From the IMG/VR virus record IMGVR_UViG_3300031939_000012, positions 1-40,945 of that record: DNA of 40,945 bases; one strand, written 5' to 3'. The DNA is from a virus (Duplodnaviria > Caudoviricetes). The first letter of the stretch is position 1; each line of letters begins with the position of its first letter. Below the pieces are notes generated by a model. The model was given only the letters and a program-made list of their open reading frames with translations. It was not told the DNA's origin and made no database searches. The translations under genes and the position numbers were made by a program. Shown piece by piece: positions 33,101 to 40,945 of the stretch.

Positions 33101-34774
33101 GGGCCACGCACCGCCGCCGTAGAGATCGTCGAGCAGCATGTCCTCGGCGACGCAGGCGGGATTGTCCTCCTCGTAGGCCATCAGCTCCGCCGGCATCAGT
33201 CCGGTGTCGCGGGTGCGCAAGCCGTGCTCGACCAGCGCGGTAATGCTGAGGTTCTGGCCGGAGAGCTGCGACGTCGCCAGCGCGCGCACCGCCACCAGAA
33301 TCATGTTGGGATACACGAGATCCAGATAGGCGACCTCGTTGACCGAATGTACCCACAGGTCCTGCCCGATGTCGGGCGCCCAGTTGTCGCCGGGAAAGAC
33401 GTCGTCGTGCAGCCGCGCCGTGCCGTACTTGATGATCTGCACGTCATACTTCGCGGGCGCGAGGCCGAGAATCTGGGTGCGCGAGTAGTACGGCGTGGTC
33501 TGCGCGGCGATCGCCTCGACATAGCCGTCCGTCCAGGTGAGGACCTGAACGTAATTCATATTGATATCGAGCAACTGCCATTCGCCCGCGGCGGGCTTCT
33601 GGTAGGTGTAGTGATTGCCGTTGGGCGCGAAGTTCTCGGTGGTGAGTGTCCCGGTCCATTTATCGCCGGGGGTGTGCGGCCCATCGTCCAGCGCGTAGAC
33701 CACGCCCGAGCCCGCCGGCATATCCGTCGCGACCACGCCCCAGGCGTGCGGCAGATAGGCGCTGCCGTCGGCGTGGAGCTGGACGACCGGTGCGGTCGTC
33801 TGCGGTTGCACCACCGGGATCCAGTCGCCCGCCGGCGTCGAGCCCACCGCGGCGGTGCGGTAGAAGACCTGGTAGGTCATCACGGCCGGGATGATGTGGC
33901 CCAGCGAGGTCTCGACGAACAGGCCGGAGGGGAACGAGACATCGACCTGGATGGCCTGCGTGAGAACGCCGGTGCCCGGGATGACGACCGCCTGCCCGGC
34001 GAGGCACTGCGTCGATTGCGGATAGCCGTTGACGATCTGATTGAATTGCGCGATCTCGGTCTGGTCGTTGGTGCCTAGCCGCGTGTAGTACTGCACGTTC
34101 TGGTAGCTGGAGATCGGCTTGCCGTTGATCTCGATGTCGGTGATGGAGCGCGCCGGACCGAAGCCGTAGCAGGCGAGGGCATTGATGAACTGGTCGGAGC
34201 CCGCGATCTCGGTGAAGCTGGAGATGATGTTGCCGCCCCAGCGAAACGTCCCGTTGCCCTTGGGAATGACCGTGCCGGAGCGCGCCAGCGACTTGGGGCC
34301 GTCCGGGTCGTAACTGGGCGAGCTGCTCTTGCTGGAGGGCGAAGACGGCCCCATGAACGCGGAGAGGAGCAGGTTGCCGGCGATGGATACCGCGCCCGCC
34401 AGCATGGTCGAGGTCATCGCAATGCTCATGCCGAGTAGCGCGACGCCCGCGCCCGCGGACATCACGGACACGGCGGCCGCCGCGGCGATGATCGCCACGC
34501 TCGCCAGCGTGCGCAGGATGCCGCCCCCGTGAACGATCGGCGCGATGACGACGGAGTCGCCGCCGCGCGGCGTAACCTCACTCCAAAGCGAGCGCTCCCA
34601 GGTGTGGCCGTTGACCGAGACGCTGACGGTTGCGGCCCAGGTATCGAATTCCAGCGTGTCGCATCCGTAGAGCCGCATCAGGTGTTCGAGCGTGAGGTAC
34701 TCGGGCTCGACGTCCTCGATGACGCGGTCGCGCGACGGGTCGACGGGGTTGGTGATGCGGATGAGGCGGATCAA
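30134..34774 (-). CDS. Central tail tip / host specificity protein (gpI-gpJ-like fusion) with C-terminal Hint domain
   Basis: Ubiquitin-like gpI start (VSVNG...GDSVVIAP..HGGG); gpJ motifs (GPARSI, YPN, DNPA, MFTVGNI, ERANQVEVQF); TTG start behind GGAGG. Confidence 0.88.
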   Translation of the reverse strand: MIRLIRITNPVDPSRDRVIEDVEPEYLTLEHLMRLYGCDTLEFDTWAATVSVSVNGHTWERSLWSEVTPRGGDSVVIAPIVHGGGILRTLASVAIIAAAAAVSVMSAGAGVALLGMSIAMTSTMLAGAVSIAGNLLLSAFMGPSSPSSKSSSPSYDPDGPKSLARSGTVIPKGNGTFRWGGNIISSFTEIAGSDQFINALACYGFGPARSITDIEINGKPISSYQNVQYYTRLGTNDQTEIAQFNQIVNGYPQSTQCLAGQAVVIPGTGVLTQAIQVDVSFPSGLFVETSLGHIIPAVMTYQVFYRTAAVGSTPAGDWIPVVQPQTTAPVVQLHADGSAYLPHAWGVVATDMPAGSGVVYALDDGPHTPGDKWTGTLTTENFAPNGNHYTYQKPAAGEWQLLDINMNYVQVLTWTDGYVEAIAAQTTPYYSRTQILGLAPAKYDVQIIKYGTARLHDDVFPGDNWAPDIGQDLWVHSVNEVAYLDLVYPNMILVAVRALATSQLSGQNLSITALVEHGLRTRDTGLMPAELMAYEEDNPACVAEDMLLDDLYGGGAWPGVVPPNIERYIDEWVAWAENNDTLVADGNGNSIRMCVYNGVFDNESDLWTQLQSVTGMSRAAIVPVGTDYAVALDAPVDAPVQMFTVGNILQDSFSEAWLPIDERANQVEVQFADSTRYYKQDNPLVYMDPTKQNTGAVPKPVRINGRGITIPAQAWHHARYKERGNQFLLRSGSFRTDTDGIACRPYNVVALQHDVPQWGCGGRTLPGSTANALLLDRNDVPFVAGTNYTVMVQHPDVLRLATANISAVAASTSPAGYTLTVPSWANNTRITRALVVSSDGKSHDCAVLRSDVQSVIVSPPPGFVPLAGQTVSLHDTDVLETAAVASVTVQGTEALVQLATPLSRAPEDYSNYIYGVAGATKWVRITNIKRASENRSMIEWLDYDSRIYDVATPIIGEASAIVKSNPGVINLSGKELFKTVSGSYVSYASLAWQNGPDTAGVGIYAKITGSTATPKLVERLGAGVTSWQGQQAPGSSYDYSVIGFDAKNLYAGFTTAPTVTIDAVGIATNLLLDSTFASGFTYWSVTPRAGDTFVPTFANDGEAEYTVAGSAITASTTFAFQMISRSKWSVGDYLLLSGYFEDTCVSGSAPNVGQVIFGVFFLDASGNQTGVRQCFIPLNGTTPTLNRTNTASFQIPAGTADIGVYIGIGGTTVNIPVGSTLTFSHLLLEESQEGVVVASAWADLDVQGNVLDIFQSGSSTGLRVQGSVLPTFTGTFTYSSSDSAITISWGNIAILWPDGAVTQIQPGSMEFTGLAQSTNYWAFLYFDIMYGGVKAAAPQTGAAGTPALLATAFDIYADAACRQDGRIALTSGGFQMATVATGSGSPGGSGITSNPYPVACTVRGTPLLIQGVGVSNEEIQRRFAAGEDVYLDGRRGPERIRSAEWVSVPYTFRLHIEGCDIYAASASHTLRTEDGHYRWCSTLRERRRVETVAQGFRALHPQRIEGAAEVLRIELDGPDHEYMVGTRAATASWTHNAKMLQPVSEE
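30167..30577 (-). other. Hint (intein-like) domain, 137 aa, within the tail tip gene
   Basis: Block A CTVRGTPL, block B ASASH, block F VLRIELDGPDHEYMV, terminal WTHN followed by AK. Confidence 0.8.
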
Positions 34775-35229
34775 CGCACGGCCTCCGGGAGGTAGTAGCC
34801 CATGACGCGCCGCGCCCACACCGGACTGCGCAGGCCTTCGCTGCACGCGCGGCCGACGTCGCGCAGGGTGTGCAGCATGCGGTAGGGATCGATCATCGTG
34901 CCGAGATGGCGTTCGCCGTGCAGCATGCGCAGCAGCACGATGCAGCCGGGCTCCGGCGCGGCGATCTCGCGGCAGGGCCCGAGCACGCCCTCGCGATGCT
35001 GGCGCGCGAACTCCTCGGGCGTGGAGTCATACGCCGGCAACGGACGGCCCTGACGGCGTTGCAGCTCCAGCACCAGGCCGAGGCAGTCGAAGGCCTCCGG
35101 GCCGCGTGCGCCCTCGGCATAGGGCTTGCCGATGAGGTCGGCATAGAGCTTCGGGCTGAGTGTGCCGCGCGCCATACGCCGCATACACATGCAGTTCGGC
35201 GCGCAGGTAGGCTTGCAGTGGGGGATCAT
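34771..35229 (-). CDS. Tail tip assembly protein, NlpC/P60 (gpK-like)
   Basis: LIGKPY..GARGPEAFDCLGL...HLG...MLH. Confidence 0.85.
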   Translation of the reverse strand: MIPHCKPTCAPNCMCMRRMARGTLSPKLYADLIGKPYAEGARGPEAFDCLGLVLELQRRQGRPLPAYDSTPEEFARQHREGVLGPCREIAAPEPGCIVLLRMLHGERHLGTMIDPYRMLHTLRDVGRACSEGLRSPVWARRVMGYYLPEAVR

Positions 35230-35918
35230 GCCACGCTCGCGATCGCCGCGCCGTTGGTGTCGATGCCGGGGAAGAACAGGCCGCGCAGCGGCGAGGTGGG
35301 AAAGTGCGCCTGGCAGCCGGTCGCGCCCTCGATGGTCTTGGAGCAGCTTGTCATCGGCCCCACGTAGCCGCACTGCGGACCCTTGTACTGCCAGGCGCAG
35401 AAGTTCGGGCGATACATGAACAGCGGAAACAACCGCCGCAGCGGCGAGCTCGCGCCCAGCTTGAAGGTGACGAGCTTGGCATCGCACACCGACTGCTTTA
35501 CGGTGAACGCGACGGCCAGCTCGGGCTCGCCGGCAAGGTTCGCCTGGTTCACAACGTAGAGGTTGAGGTCCGCACCTACGACGCCCGCGTACTGCTCGAT
35601 GGTGGCCTGCAGCGCGCGCATCACGTTCGAGGCCTTGAGGTCCATCTCCGGCACGACACCTGTCGTCGAGAGGTTGAATTCGCCCATCTCGAAGTTGAAC
35701 GGCGCATAGGTCTGCGGCCCCTGGCCGTCGCCGGCGTCGAACACAATCGGATCGGGGTTGCGCACCAAGCGCACATACTGCTGCGCGGCGTTCGGGTCGG
35801 CTGAGCCGGGATAGCGCAGATTCAGCAGCAGCAGCCAGGGCTCGCCGGACGCGAGTTTGTGGCGCTCAAGGTTCGAGGCCAGGGAGAGCAGCGTGAAGGC
35901 GGGGCGCGGCGTGGGCAT
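35226..35918 (-). CDS. Minor tail protein (gpL-like)
   Basis: C-terminal CAWQYKGPQCGY...CSKT...C..HF...FFPGI Fe-S-type motif. Confidence 0.85.
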   Translation of the reverse strand: MPTPRPAFTLLSLASNLERHKLASGEPWLLLLNLRYPGSADPNAAQQYVRLVRNPDPIVFDAGDGQGPQTYAPFNFEMGEFNLSTTGVVPEMDLKASNVMRALQATIEQYAGVVGADLNLYVVNQANLAGEPELAVAFTVKQSVCDAKLVTFKLGASSPLRRLFPLFMYRPNFCAWQYKGPQCGYVGPMTSCSKTIEGATGCQAHFPTSPLRGLFFPGIDTNGAAIASVA

Positions 35919-36284
35919 CTAGACCTCCCGGATCGCGAAGGTGCAGTTCTGGCGGAACTCGCCTTCGATGTTGTTGGCGTCGGCGTAGGCGGGCAGCGTG
36001 GAGAAGCGCACCACATAGCTCTGCGGGTGCTTCGGATCGCGGTTGTCCGGGAAGGTGAAGCTGTTGGCGCCGTAGACGGCGAGGTTCTCGACGAAGTTAT
36101 CCAGCACCGTCACGTCGGCCGGCGTGAGGAAGTCGATCGAGACGTTCCACTCCCGGCGGCGTCGCTTGTAGCGGGCGCGGGTGGACTCCATGCCATTCTC
36201 GTAGCTGTCGCGCAGTGTCGGGTCGAGCGTTTTGGCCTGCGTCTTCAGCGCGGGCTTGCGGCTCAACTTGGGAAAGGTAATCAC
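35919..36284 (-). CDS. Distal tail protein (gpM-like)
   Basis: 121 aa upstream of gpL-like; YENG.E..RAR, YVVRF and IREV end. Confidence 0.75.
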   Translation of the reverse strand: MITFPKLSRKPALKTQAKTLDPTLRDSYENGMESTRARYKRRRREWNVSIDFLTPADVTVLDNFVENLAVYGANSFTFPDNRDPKHPQSYVVRFSTLPAYADANNIEGEFRQNCTFAIREV

Positions 36285-36339
36285 GGCGAGGTTATAGGGA
36301 GATTTCGGGGTTTAGCGCAAAACGGCTAAACTCCGCCCC

Positions 36340-37089
36340 GTGCCCGCGTTCGAAATAAAGTGCGATGTGTCCGGCGCCGTCGAAGGCATGGAGAAGCTGC
36401 TGGGCGATGACCTGCCCTTCGCGGTTGCGCTGTTCCTGACGAAGCAGGCCCAGACCGGGCAGAAGGCCGCGCGCGGGCTGGAGCAGTCCGGCATCTTCCG
36501 GCTGCGCAACGACTGGACAGTGCGCAACACGAAGATCGAAGCCGCGACGAAGAAGAACCTGCAGTCGATCGTCTACACCGACACATCGAACTGGACGACC
36601 GGAGCGCCGGATTATCTACCGCGGCAAGGCGAAGGCGGCGAGCGCGTCCCGGTCGACGGCCGTCAGCACCTGGCCATTCCGACCGACTATCTGCGCCGCC
36701 TCGCCGGCGGCCCCGATAAGCCTATCCCCGACTGGCTACGGCCGAAGGCGCTGCTGGAATACGCGCGCAACAATGGCAAGTGGACGGCGGTGCGCGGCAA
36801 ACTGAGGGGCCAGCTCCGCGGCGCGCCTCAAGCCGTTCGCGGCATGTACTTCTTCCGCGTGACGTTCAAGAGCGGCGCCGAGGGCATCCTGGCACGCTAC
36901 GTCTCGGATCCGCGTGAGCAGGTTTATCCGATGTACATCTTCGTGACCAGGGCGCATCTGCGGAAGCGGTTTCCGATGGAACAGAGCGTGGAGCAGCAGC
37001 TGGCGCAGAGCATGGATCAGGACTTCGAACGCGCCGCGCTCGAGGTCTTCACGAATCGCGACCTGGGCTGGGCGCGCGTAACGTTCTAG
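36340..37089 (+). CDS. Tail completion / neck protein (gpZ-like), inverted orientation
   Basis: LPFAVALFLTKQA...F...WT...EAATKKNL...YL..Q.EGGER...LAIP pattern; no other gpZ candidate in the connector cluster. Confidence 0.6.
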   Translation: MPAFEIKCDVSGAVEGMEKLLGDDLPFAVALFLTKQAQTGQKAARGLEQSGIFRLRNDWTVRNTKIEAATKKNLQSIVYTDTSNWTTGAPDYLPRQGEGGERVPVDGRQHLAIPTDYLRRLAGGPDKPIPDWLRPKALLEYARNNGKWTAVRGKLRGQLRGAPQAVRGMYFFRVTFKSGAEGILARYVSDPREQVYPMYIFVTRAHLRKRFPMEQSVEQQLAQSMDQDFERAALEVFTNRDLGWARVTF

Positions 37090-37604
37090 CCAATAACCAG
37101 CAGTCCCTCGCCTTCGAAGCTCAGCCGTCCATTGAACCGTTCGGAGCTGGCCGACAAGCTGACGCGCGTGGATTTGTAAGCGGCCTTCTCGCGCAGCAGA
37201 ATCGCCGCGCCCGTGAAGGTGACCTGGGTGAGTGTCCAGACCGCGGCGCGCATGTCGGCGACGTGGCACTCGATCATCTCGTAGCTCATGCCCAGCTCGC
37301 GCGCCTGGTCTGACATGGCCTCGCAGATCTCCGGGAAGTCGTGGCCGTAGATATGTCCGCGGACGCGCAGCTCGTCGCCTTCGATGAAGGCTTCATTGAT
37401 CAGACCGCACTTCTGGCGCGGATTGTGGCCGTCCAGGTCGGCCGTAAAGCCGACAGCCATGCCGAGCAGCGTGGGGATGGCCTCTTCGGCCGCCGCGCGG
37501 GTGAGCAGCACGCGATGGCCGCGCGCGCCAGAGGGCGCGGAGTCGGAGGGAATATCCAGGCGCGTCAGTACGCCTTCAAAGGGGAGCCGGTTGGGGTGTT
37601 TCAC
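37086..37604 (-). CDS. Stand-alone prohead-protease-like protein
   Basis: DGH...CGLINEAFIEGDELRVRGHI...LGMSYE...FTGAAIL...AAYKST: His/Ser assemblin-type layout. Confidence 0.65.
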   Translation of the reverse strand: MKHPNRLPFEGVLTRLDIPSDSAPSGARGHRVLLTRAAAEEAIPTLLGMAVGFTADLDGHNPRQKCGLINEAFIEGDELRVRGHIYGHDFPEICEAMSDQARELGMSYEMIECHVADMRAAVWTLTQVTFTGAAILLREKAAYKSTRVSLSASSERFNGRLSFEGEGLLVIG

Positions 37605-37687
37605 GAGGCCGAAGATGCTGTGCGGCCAGAGTTTCTGGCAAATCGCGTCACGTTACCCGGCAGCAAACTGGACCGGCGTCGGATGCA

Positions 37688-40282
37688 TTATCCCTGTCCG
37701 AATCCCATCATCGACTGTGCGATCGGGCCGTTCTGCGAGTGGTCGGTGAGCACGGTGTGGATGACGAACTCTCGCAATTGGCTGTCATAGCTCACCTGGC
37801 TGGGTTGCGCGCTGACGGGCTGCGAGGACTGATTGATCACGTTGGTCGTGACGCTGGGCATCTTGCCGCCGCCGGACTCGGCGAGCTTGGAGGTGAGGCT
37901 GGCGGGGATGACCGAGCCGCCCTTCTGCGGAGGCACCCACAGCTCCGGGCCGCGCTCGCCCACCACGGCCGCGCCGCCCATGTTCGAGGTGCCCGAGGCG
38001 TGGCCCATGCCGGCCGCACCGAAGATCGACGAGAACATGCTGGATAGAAAACCGCCGCCGCCGGCCGCGCCCGCGCCGGAAGCCCCGCCACTGGCGTCGC
38101 CCAGCAGCTTCATCTCCAGCAGCTTCATGGCAAGCTTCAGGGCGTCCTGCTCCATCTCCTGCGCCATCTGCTTGAAGCTGGTTTTTCCGCGCATTGTCTC
38201 TTCGGCGATGCGATCGGCCATGGACGTGACGCCCTTGGAGAGCGTCTTGCCGAAGTCCGGCTCCTTGCTCTTGTCCGGTGTCTGCAGCTTGGCGAGCTCG
38301 GCGTGCAGCTCCGCGGCCTTCTCCTTGAAGGGACCGCCGAGCGTCTGCGCGAGCGCGTCATATTGCTCGACCAGGGACTCGAGCGCGGAAGCCTCCTGCT
38401 GGTGCAGGGCGTTGAGCTCGCGCTCGGCGGCCAGCTTGGACTCCTGGCCCTTGCTGGCGCGGTCCTCGATGGCCTGCGCCTTGAGCTTGTAGCTCTCCTC
38501 CTGCTGCTGGATCTGGCGCTCGACGTCGCCGATCTCAAGCTGCTTGGCCTTGTAGTCGCCCAGCGCGCGCACCTGGTCGACCGCGCCGGCGGAGCCGCCC
38601 TGGGCCTGCAGCTTGCGGGCCTCGAGCTCGGTCTCGCGCTGCAGTAGAGCAAGCTGCGCGGTGATGCCGTCGTTGCGCTGCTTCTCGAGCTCGGCCGCGG
38701 CGCGCAGGTTGTCGAGCTCGGCGGCCTGCGCCCCGGTCGCCGTCTCCGCCTGCGCCGCGCTCTTGAGCTGCTTTTTCCGAGCCTCCAGGTTGCCAATCTC
38801 TTCCTGCAGCCGGAGCAGCTCCGTCTGGGTATGGTCCTCTTCGGCGGAGTGGCCGTTCTTGTCGCGCTTGAGCGTCTTGTCCTTGTGCTGCTTCTCCAGG
38901 AGCGACTGCAGGGCCGTCTGCTTTTTCTGGAGTGCGACTTCCTCAGCGTTGAGGGCATCGGTTTCGAGGCGCAGCTTCTCGGCGTAATACGCCTGATCCG
39001 AGATGAGCAGTTGCTTGTGTTGCGCCTCGTTCCGCGCGAGTTCGACGGTGTCGGCATTCTTCTGGGCATCCGCCGCCGCCTTGGCCTGCTCCGCGACCAG
39101 CGCCGCCGCGGCTGAGGCGATGCCGTTCTGGCTGTGGTCCTCCTTGCTCTTTTTCGTGCCGTCGCCGACGACCGTCGGCGGAACAAACGGCTTGGTGCCG
39201 TCGCCCTGCGCCCACGAATCGAGATCGCTCGGGCGTATAACATCGGTGAACTTGGAGACGTCCGCCTTGGTCGGATCGCCCATGGCGATGGCGCGGAACT
39301 CGTCAGCCTTCTTGGCGTAGGCATCCCCACTCGCCTCGGCGGCCCGGCCGCTGGCCGTCAACTCACCGGCGCGTGCGATTGATTCGAAATAGTCCTTACC
39401 GGCTGCGGCTGAGTAGAATCCCGCAGCTACGGCCGCCATGACGCGGCTCAGATCACGTCCCCATTCCAGGAAGACCTGCCGGTCTGTCTTGCCGTCACGG
39501 ATCACATCCATCATCTGGTCGAGGCCGGGGACCAAGCCCTCGGTGAACTCCAGCCCCGCGCCGTGAACGTGCTCCTTCAGGTCGTTGAACCTCTGCTGCG
39601 TCTCTTCCAGAGCCTTGGCAGTCTCTCCGTTGAGCTGCACGCCCGCCTCTTCGGCGCGCGCCTTGTACTCGTCCCAATGCTGGGCGATCTCGATCAGCAT
39701 TGGAATCTGGGCGACTCCCGCTTTGCCCAGCATGTCCATGGCCAGCCGGTTGCGCGCGGAGGAGCTCTCGGTAGCTGCAAGCGTCTGCACGAGCTTGTGA
39801 AACGCAATCTCCGAGCCATCGGTGCGGCTGGCCAGATCCTTCGCGTTCAGCCCAAGGGCCGCGAAGTCCGCCGCGAGGTTCTTGTTTCCTGTCGCGGCTT
39901 CGCTGAGGTTCTTGCCCATGCGGGCCACGCCCGTGACGAGGCCTTCGAAGTCGGTGCCAAGCACCGCCGCCGCATAATGCAGCGTGGACAGCGAATCGAT
40001 GGTCAGCCCGGTCTGTTCGGACGCGTGCTTTAGCGTTTCGCCCAGCTCCATCGATCCGCCGATGAGCTCGCGGACGCCTTCGGCCGCCATGCGAAAGCCC
40101 TCATACAGGCCCATGTATTCGATCGCCGTCTTGGCGCGCTCCCAGGCTTCCGACGTCTCGCCGGCGCTGTGCTTGGCCTCCCCGGCCGTCTCCTTCATCT
40201 GTTCGCGGATCTGCTCGAGCGCGGCCTTCGTCGTCGACGGGTCCGCGGTGATGACGATCTCGATGCCCTTTTTCCCGGCCAT
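37688..40282 (-). CDS. Tape measure protein
   Basis: 864 aa, Ala-rich helical coiled coil; HASG...VVGERGPELWVP C-terminal motif; follows the chaperones. Confidence 0.92.
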   Translation of the reverse strand: MAGKKGIEIVITADPSTTKAALEQIREQMKETAGEAKHSAGETSEAWERAKTAIEYMGLYEGFRMAAEGVRELIGGSMELGETLKHASEQTGLTIDSLSTLHYAAAVLGTDFEGLVTGVARMGKNLSEAATGNKNLAADFAALGLNAKDLASRTDGSEIAFHKLVQTLAATESSSARNRLAMDMLGKAGVAQIPMLIEIAQHWDEYKARAEEAGVQLNGETAKALEETQQRFNDLKEHVHGAGLEFTEGLVPGLDQMMDVIRDGKTDRQVFLEWGRDLSRVMAAVAAGFYSAAAGKDYFESIARAGELTASGRAAEASGDAYAKKADEFRAIAMGDPTKADVSKFTDVIRPSDLDSWAQGDGTKPFVPPTVVGDGTKKSKEDHSQNGIASAAAALVAEQAKAAADAQKNADTVELARNEAQHKQLLISDQAYYAEKLRLETDALNAEEVALQKKQTALQSLLEKQHKDKTLKRDKNGHSAEEDHTQTELLRLQEEIGNLEARKKQLKSAAQAETATGAQAAELDNLRAAAELEKQRNDGITAQLALLQRETELEARKLQAQGGSAGAVDQVRALGDYKAKQLEIGDVERQIQQQEESYKLKAQAIEDRASKGQESKLAAERELNALHQQEASALESLVEQYDALAQTLGGPFKEKAAELHAELAKLQTPDKSKEPDFGKTLSKGVTSMADRIAEETMRGKTSFKQMAQEMEQDALKLAMKLLEMKLLGDASGGASGAGAAGGGGFLSSMFSSIFGAAGMGHASGTSNMGGAAVVGERGPELWVPPQKGGSVIPASLTSKLAESGGGKMPSVTTNVINQSSQPVSAQPSQVSYDSQLREFVIHTVLTDHSQNGPIAQSMMGFGQG

Positions 40283-40689
40283 CAGCGCTTCCCTTCGGTG
40301 GACTTGAGTAACCCAGCTTTGTGCATCTTCTTCTGCAGCTTCTTGAGGTCGCGCTCCGCCTCAGCCTCGCGCGTCGCGACGTCGGTCTGTTCCTCGCCGA
40401 GGAGCTGCGCAGCCGTGACCGCCTCGCCGGTGGTGGCAGAGAGATGCAGTGACATCCAGGACGCGCGTTCGCGGCGCTCGTCCTGCTGGCGCTGATAGTG
40501 GCCCTGCCGCGCGAGCGAGAGTTCTCTTAGCGTCGACGCCCAGAACTGGGCTTGCGTCCAGCCGAGGACCGCGAAGGCGAAGCGCTGCGCTTCGTCGAAG
40601 TCGTAACCTTCGTCGGGCCGGGATGGCTGGGAGCGGCCTGTTTTGGGGCGGGCGGCTCGGCCGCGCTGGCGTCCGCCGCCGCTTTTCCC
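40282..40689 (-). CDS. Tail assembly chaperone gpT-like frame (reached by -1 frameshift)
   Basis: Open -1 frame after G GGA AAA encodes ...FAFAVLGWTQAQFWASTLREL...; its TGA overlaps the tape measure ATG. Confidence 0.8.
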   Translation of the reverse strand, partial: GKSGGGRQRGRAARPKTGRSQPSRPDEGYDFDEAQRFAFAVLGWTQAQFWASTLRELSLARQGHYQRQQDERRERASWMSLHLSATTGEAVTAAQLLGEEQTDVATREAEAERDLKKLQKKMHKAGLLKSTEGKR

Positions 40690-40945
40690 GGCAGCGCCGG
40701 AGAGGCTGTCGCGCCCACCGCCGCGAAGATGACGGCATGGAAGATGAGCGTGTAAGTCCAGGGGCGAAGGAACTCCTGCGCCTGCTCAAGCGTCAGATCC
40801 TCGCCGTGCTGCTTGGCGTCCCGCTGCAGGCCGGCGAAGAGGAAGAACGCGAGCGCGTCCATGTCCACCAGCTCGAAGACGTTCTTGTCCTTCACCCGGT
40901 AGAGCTTCGTGAGGAAGGCCGGGCCGAACTTCTGGACGAGAAGCC
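40527..40945 (-). CDS. Tail assembly chaperone (gpG-like), 3' part
   Basis: Continuation of the ORF starting at 209; contains the slippery site at 40683-40689. Confidence 0.8.
   Translation of the reverse strand, partial: LLVQKFGPAFLTKLYRVKDKNVFELVDMDALAFFLFAGLQRDAKQHGEDLTLEQAQEFLRPWTYTLIFHAVIFAAVGATASPALPGKAAADASAAEPPAPKQAAPSHPGPTKVTTSTKRSASPSRSSAGRKPSSGRRR
40819..40945. repeat. Terminal 127-bp direct repeat, right copy
   Basis: Identical to 1-127. Confidence 0.95.

Noticed and set aside
40361-40789. ORF-track 142-aa ORF as the gpT chaperone
   Set aside because: It is the +1 frame and reads as low-complexity sequence; the -1 frame carries the chaperone motif.
40819-40945. Biological terminal repeat
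   Set aside because: It is exactly 127 bp, mid-gene, and the phage has a cos region elsewhere; best explained as assembly overlap.

Overview
The window is one complete, circularly permuted genome of a GC-rich temperate, lambda-like siphovirus. Bases 1-127 are identical to 40819-40945, so the unit length is about 40,818 bp. The attP looks intact, so this is the excised or virion form. All the expected modules are present: cos site with Nu1/GpA-type terminase; lambda-type portal; prohead protease-capsid fusion; connectors, tail tube, frameshifted tail chaperones, tape measure and M/L/K/I-J-like tail tip; lysis cassette; P4-like integrase with AlpA excisionase; CI/Cro switch; DUF1376 initiator, ParB and HerA-like ATPase; and an accessory island (WYL-SWIM protein, Dam-type MTase, controller-like HTH, HigBA-like TA). 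The most unusual points are: (1) the tail-tip protein ends in an intein-like Hint domain, and the next gene is a tail-fibre/glycosidase-like protein with a Sec signal peptide and paired cysteines; (2) the CI repressor has lost both S24 catalytic residues and the Ala-Gly cleavage site; (3) a second, stand-alone maturation protease and an inverted gpZ-like gene sit inside the tail module; (4) the lysis cassette has a membrane-anchor/lysozyme fusion and a beta-barrel-like protein where spanins normally lie; (5) late genes are split into units with recurring TTG-N18 promoters that appear leaderless. All calls come from motif reading and synteny only; no database searches were run. The host is probably a diderm bacterium but cannot be named from this sequence.
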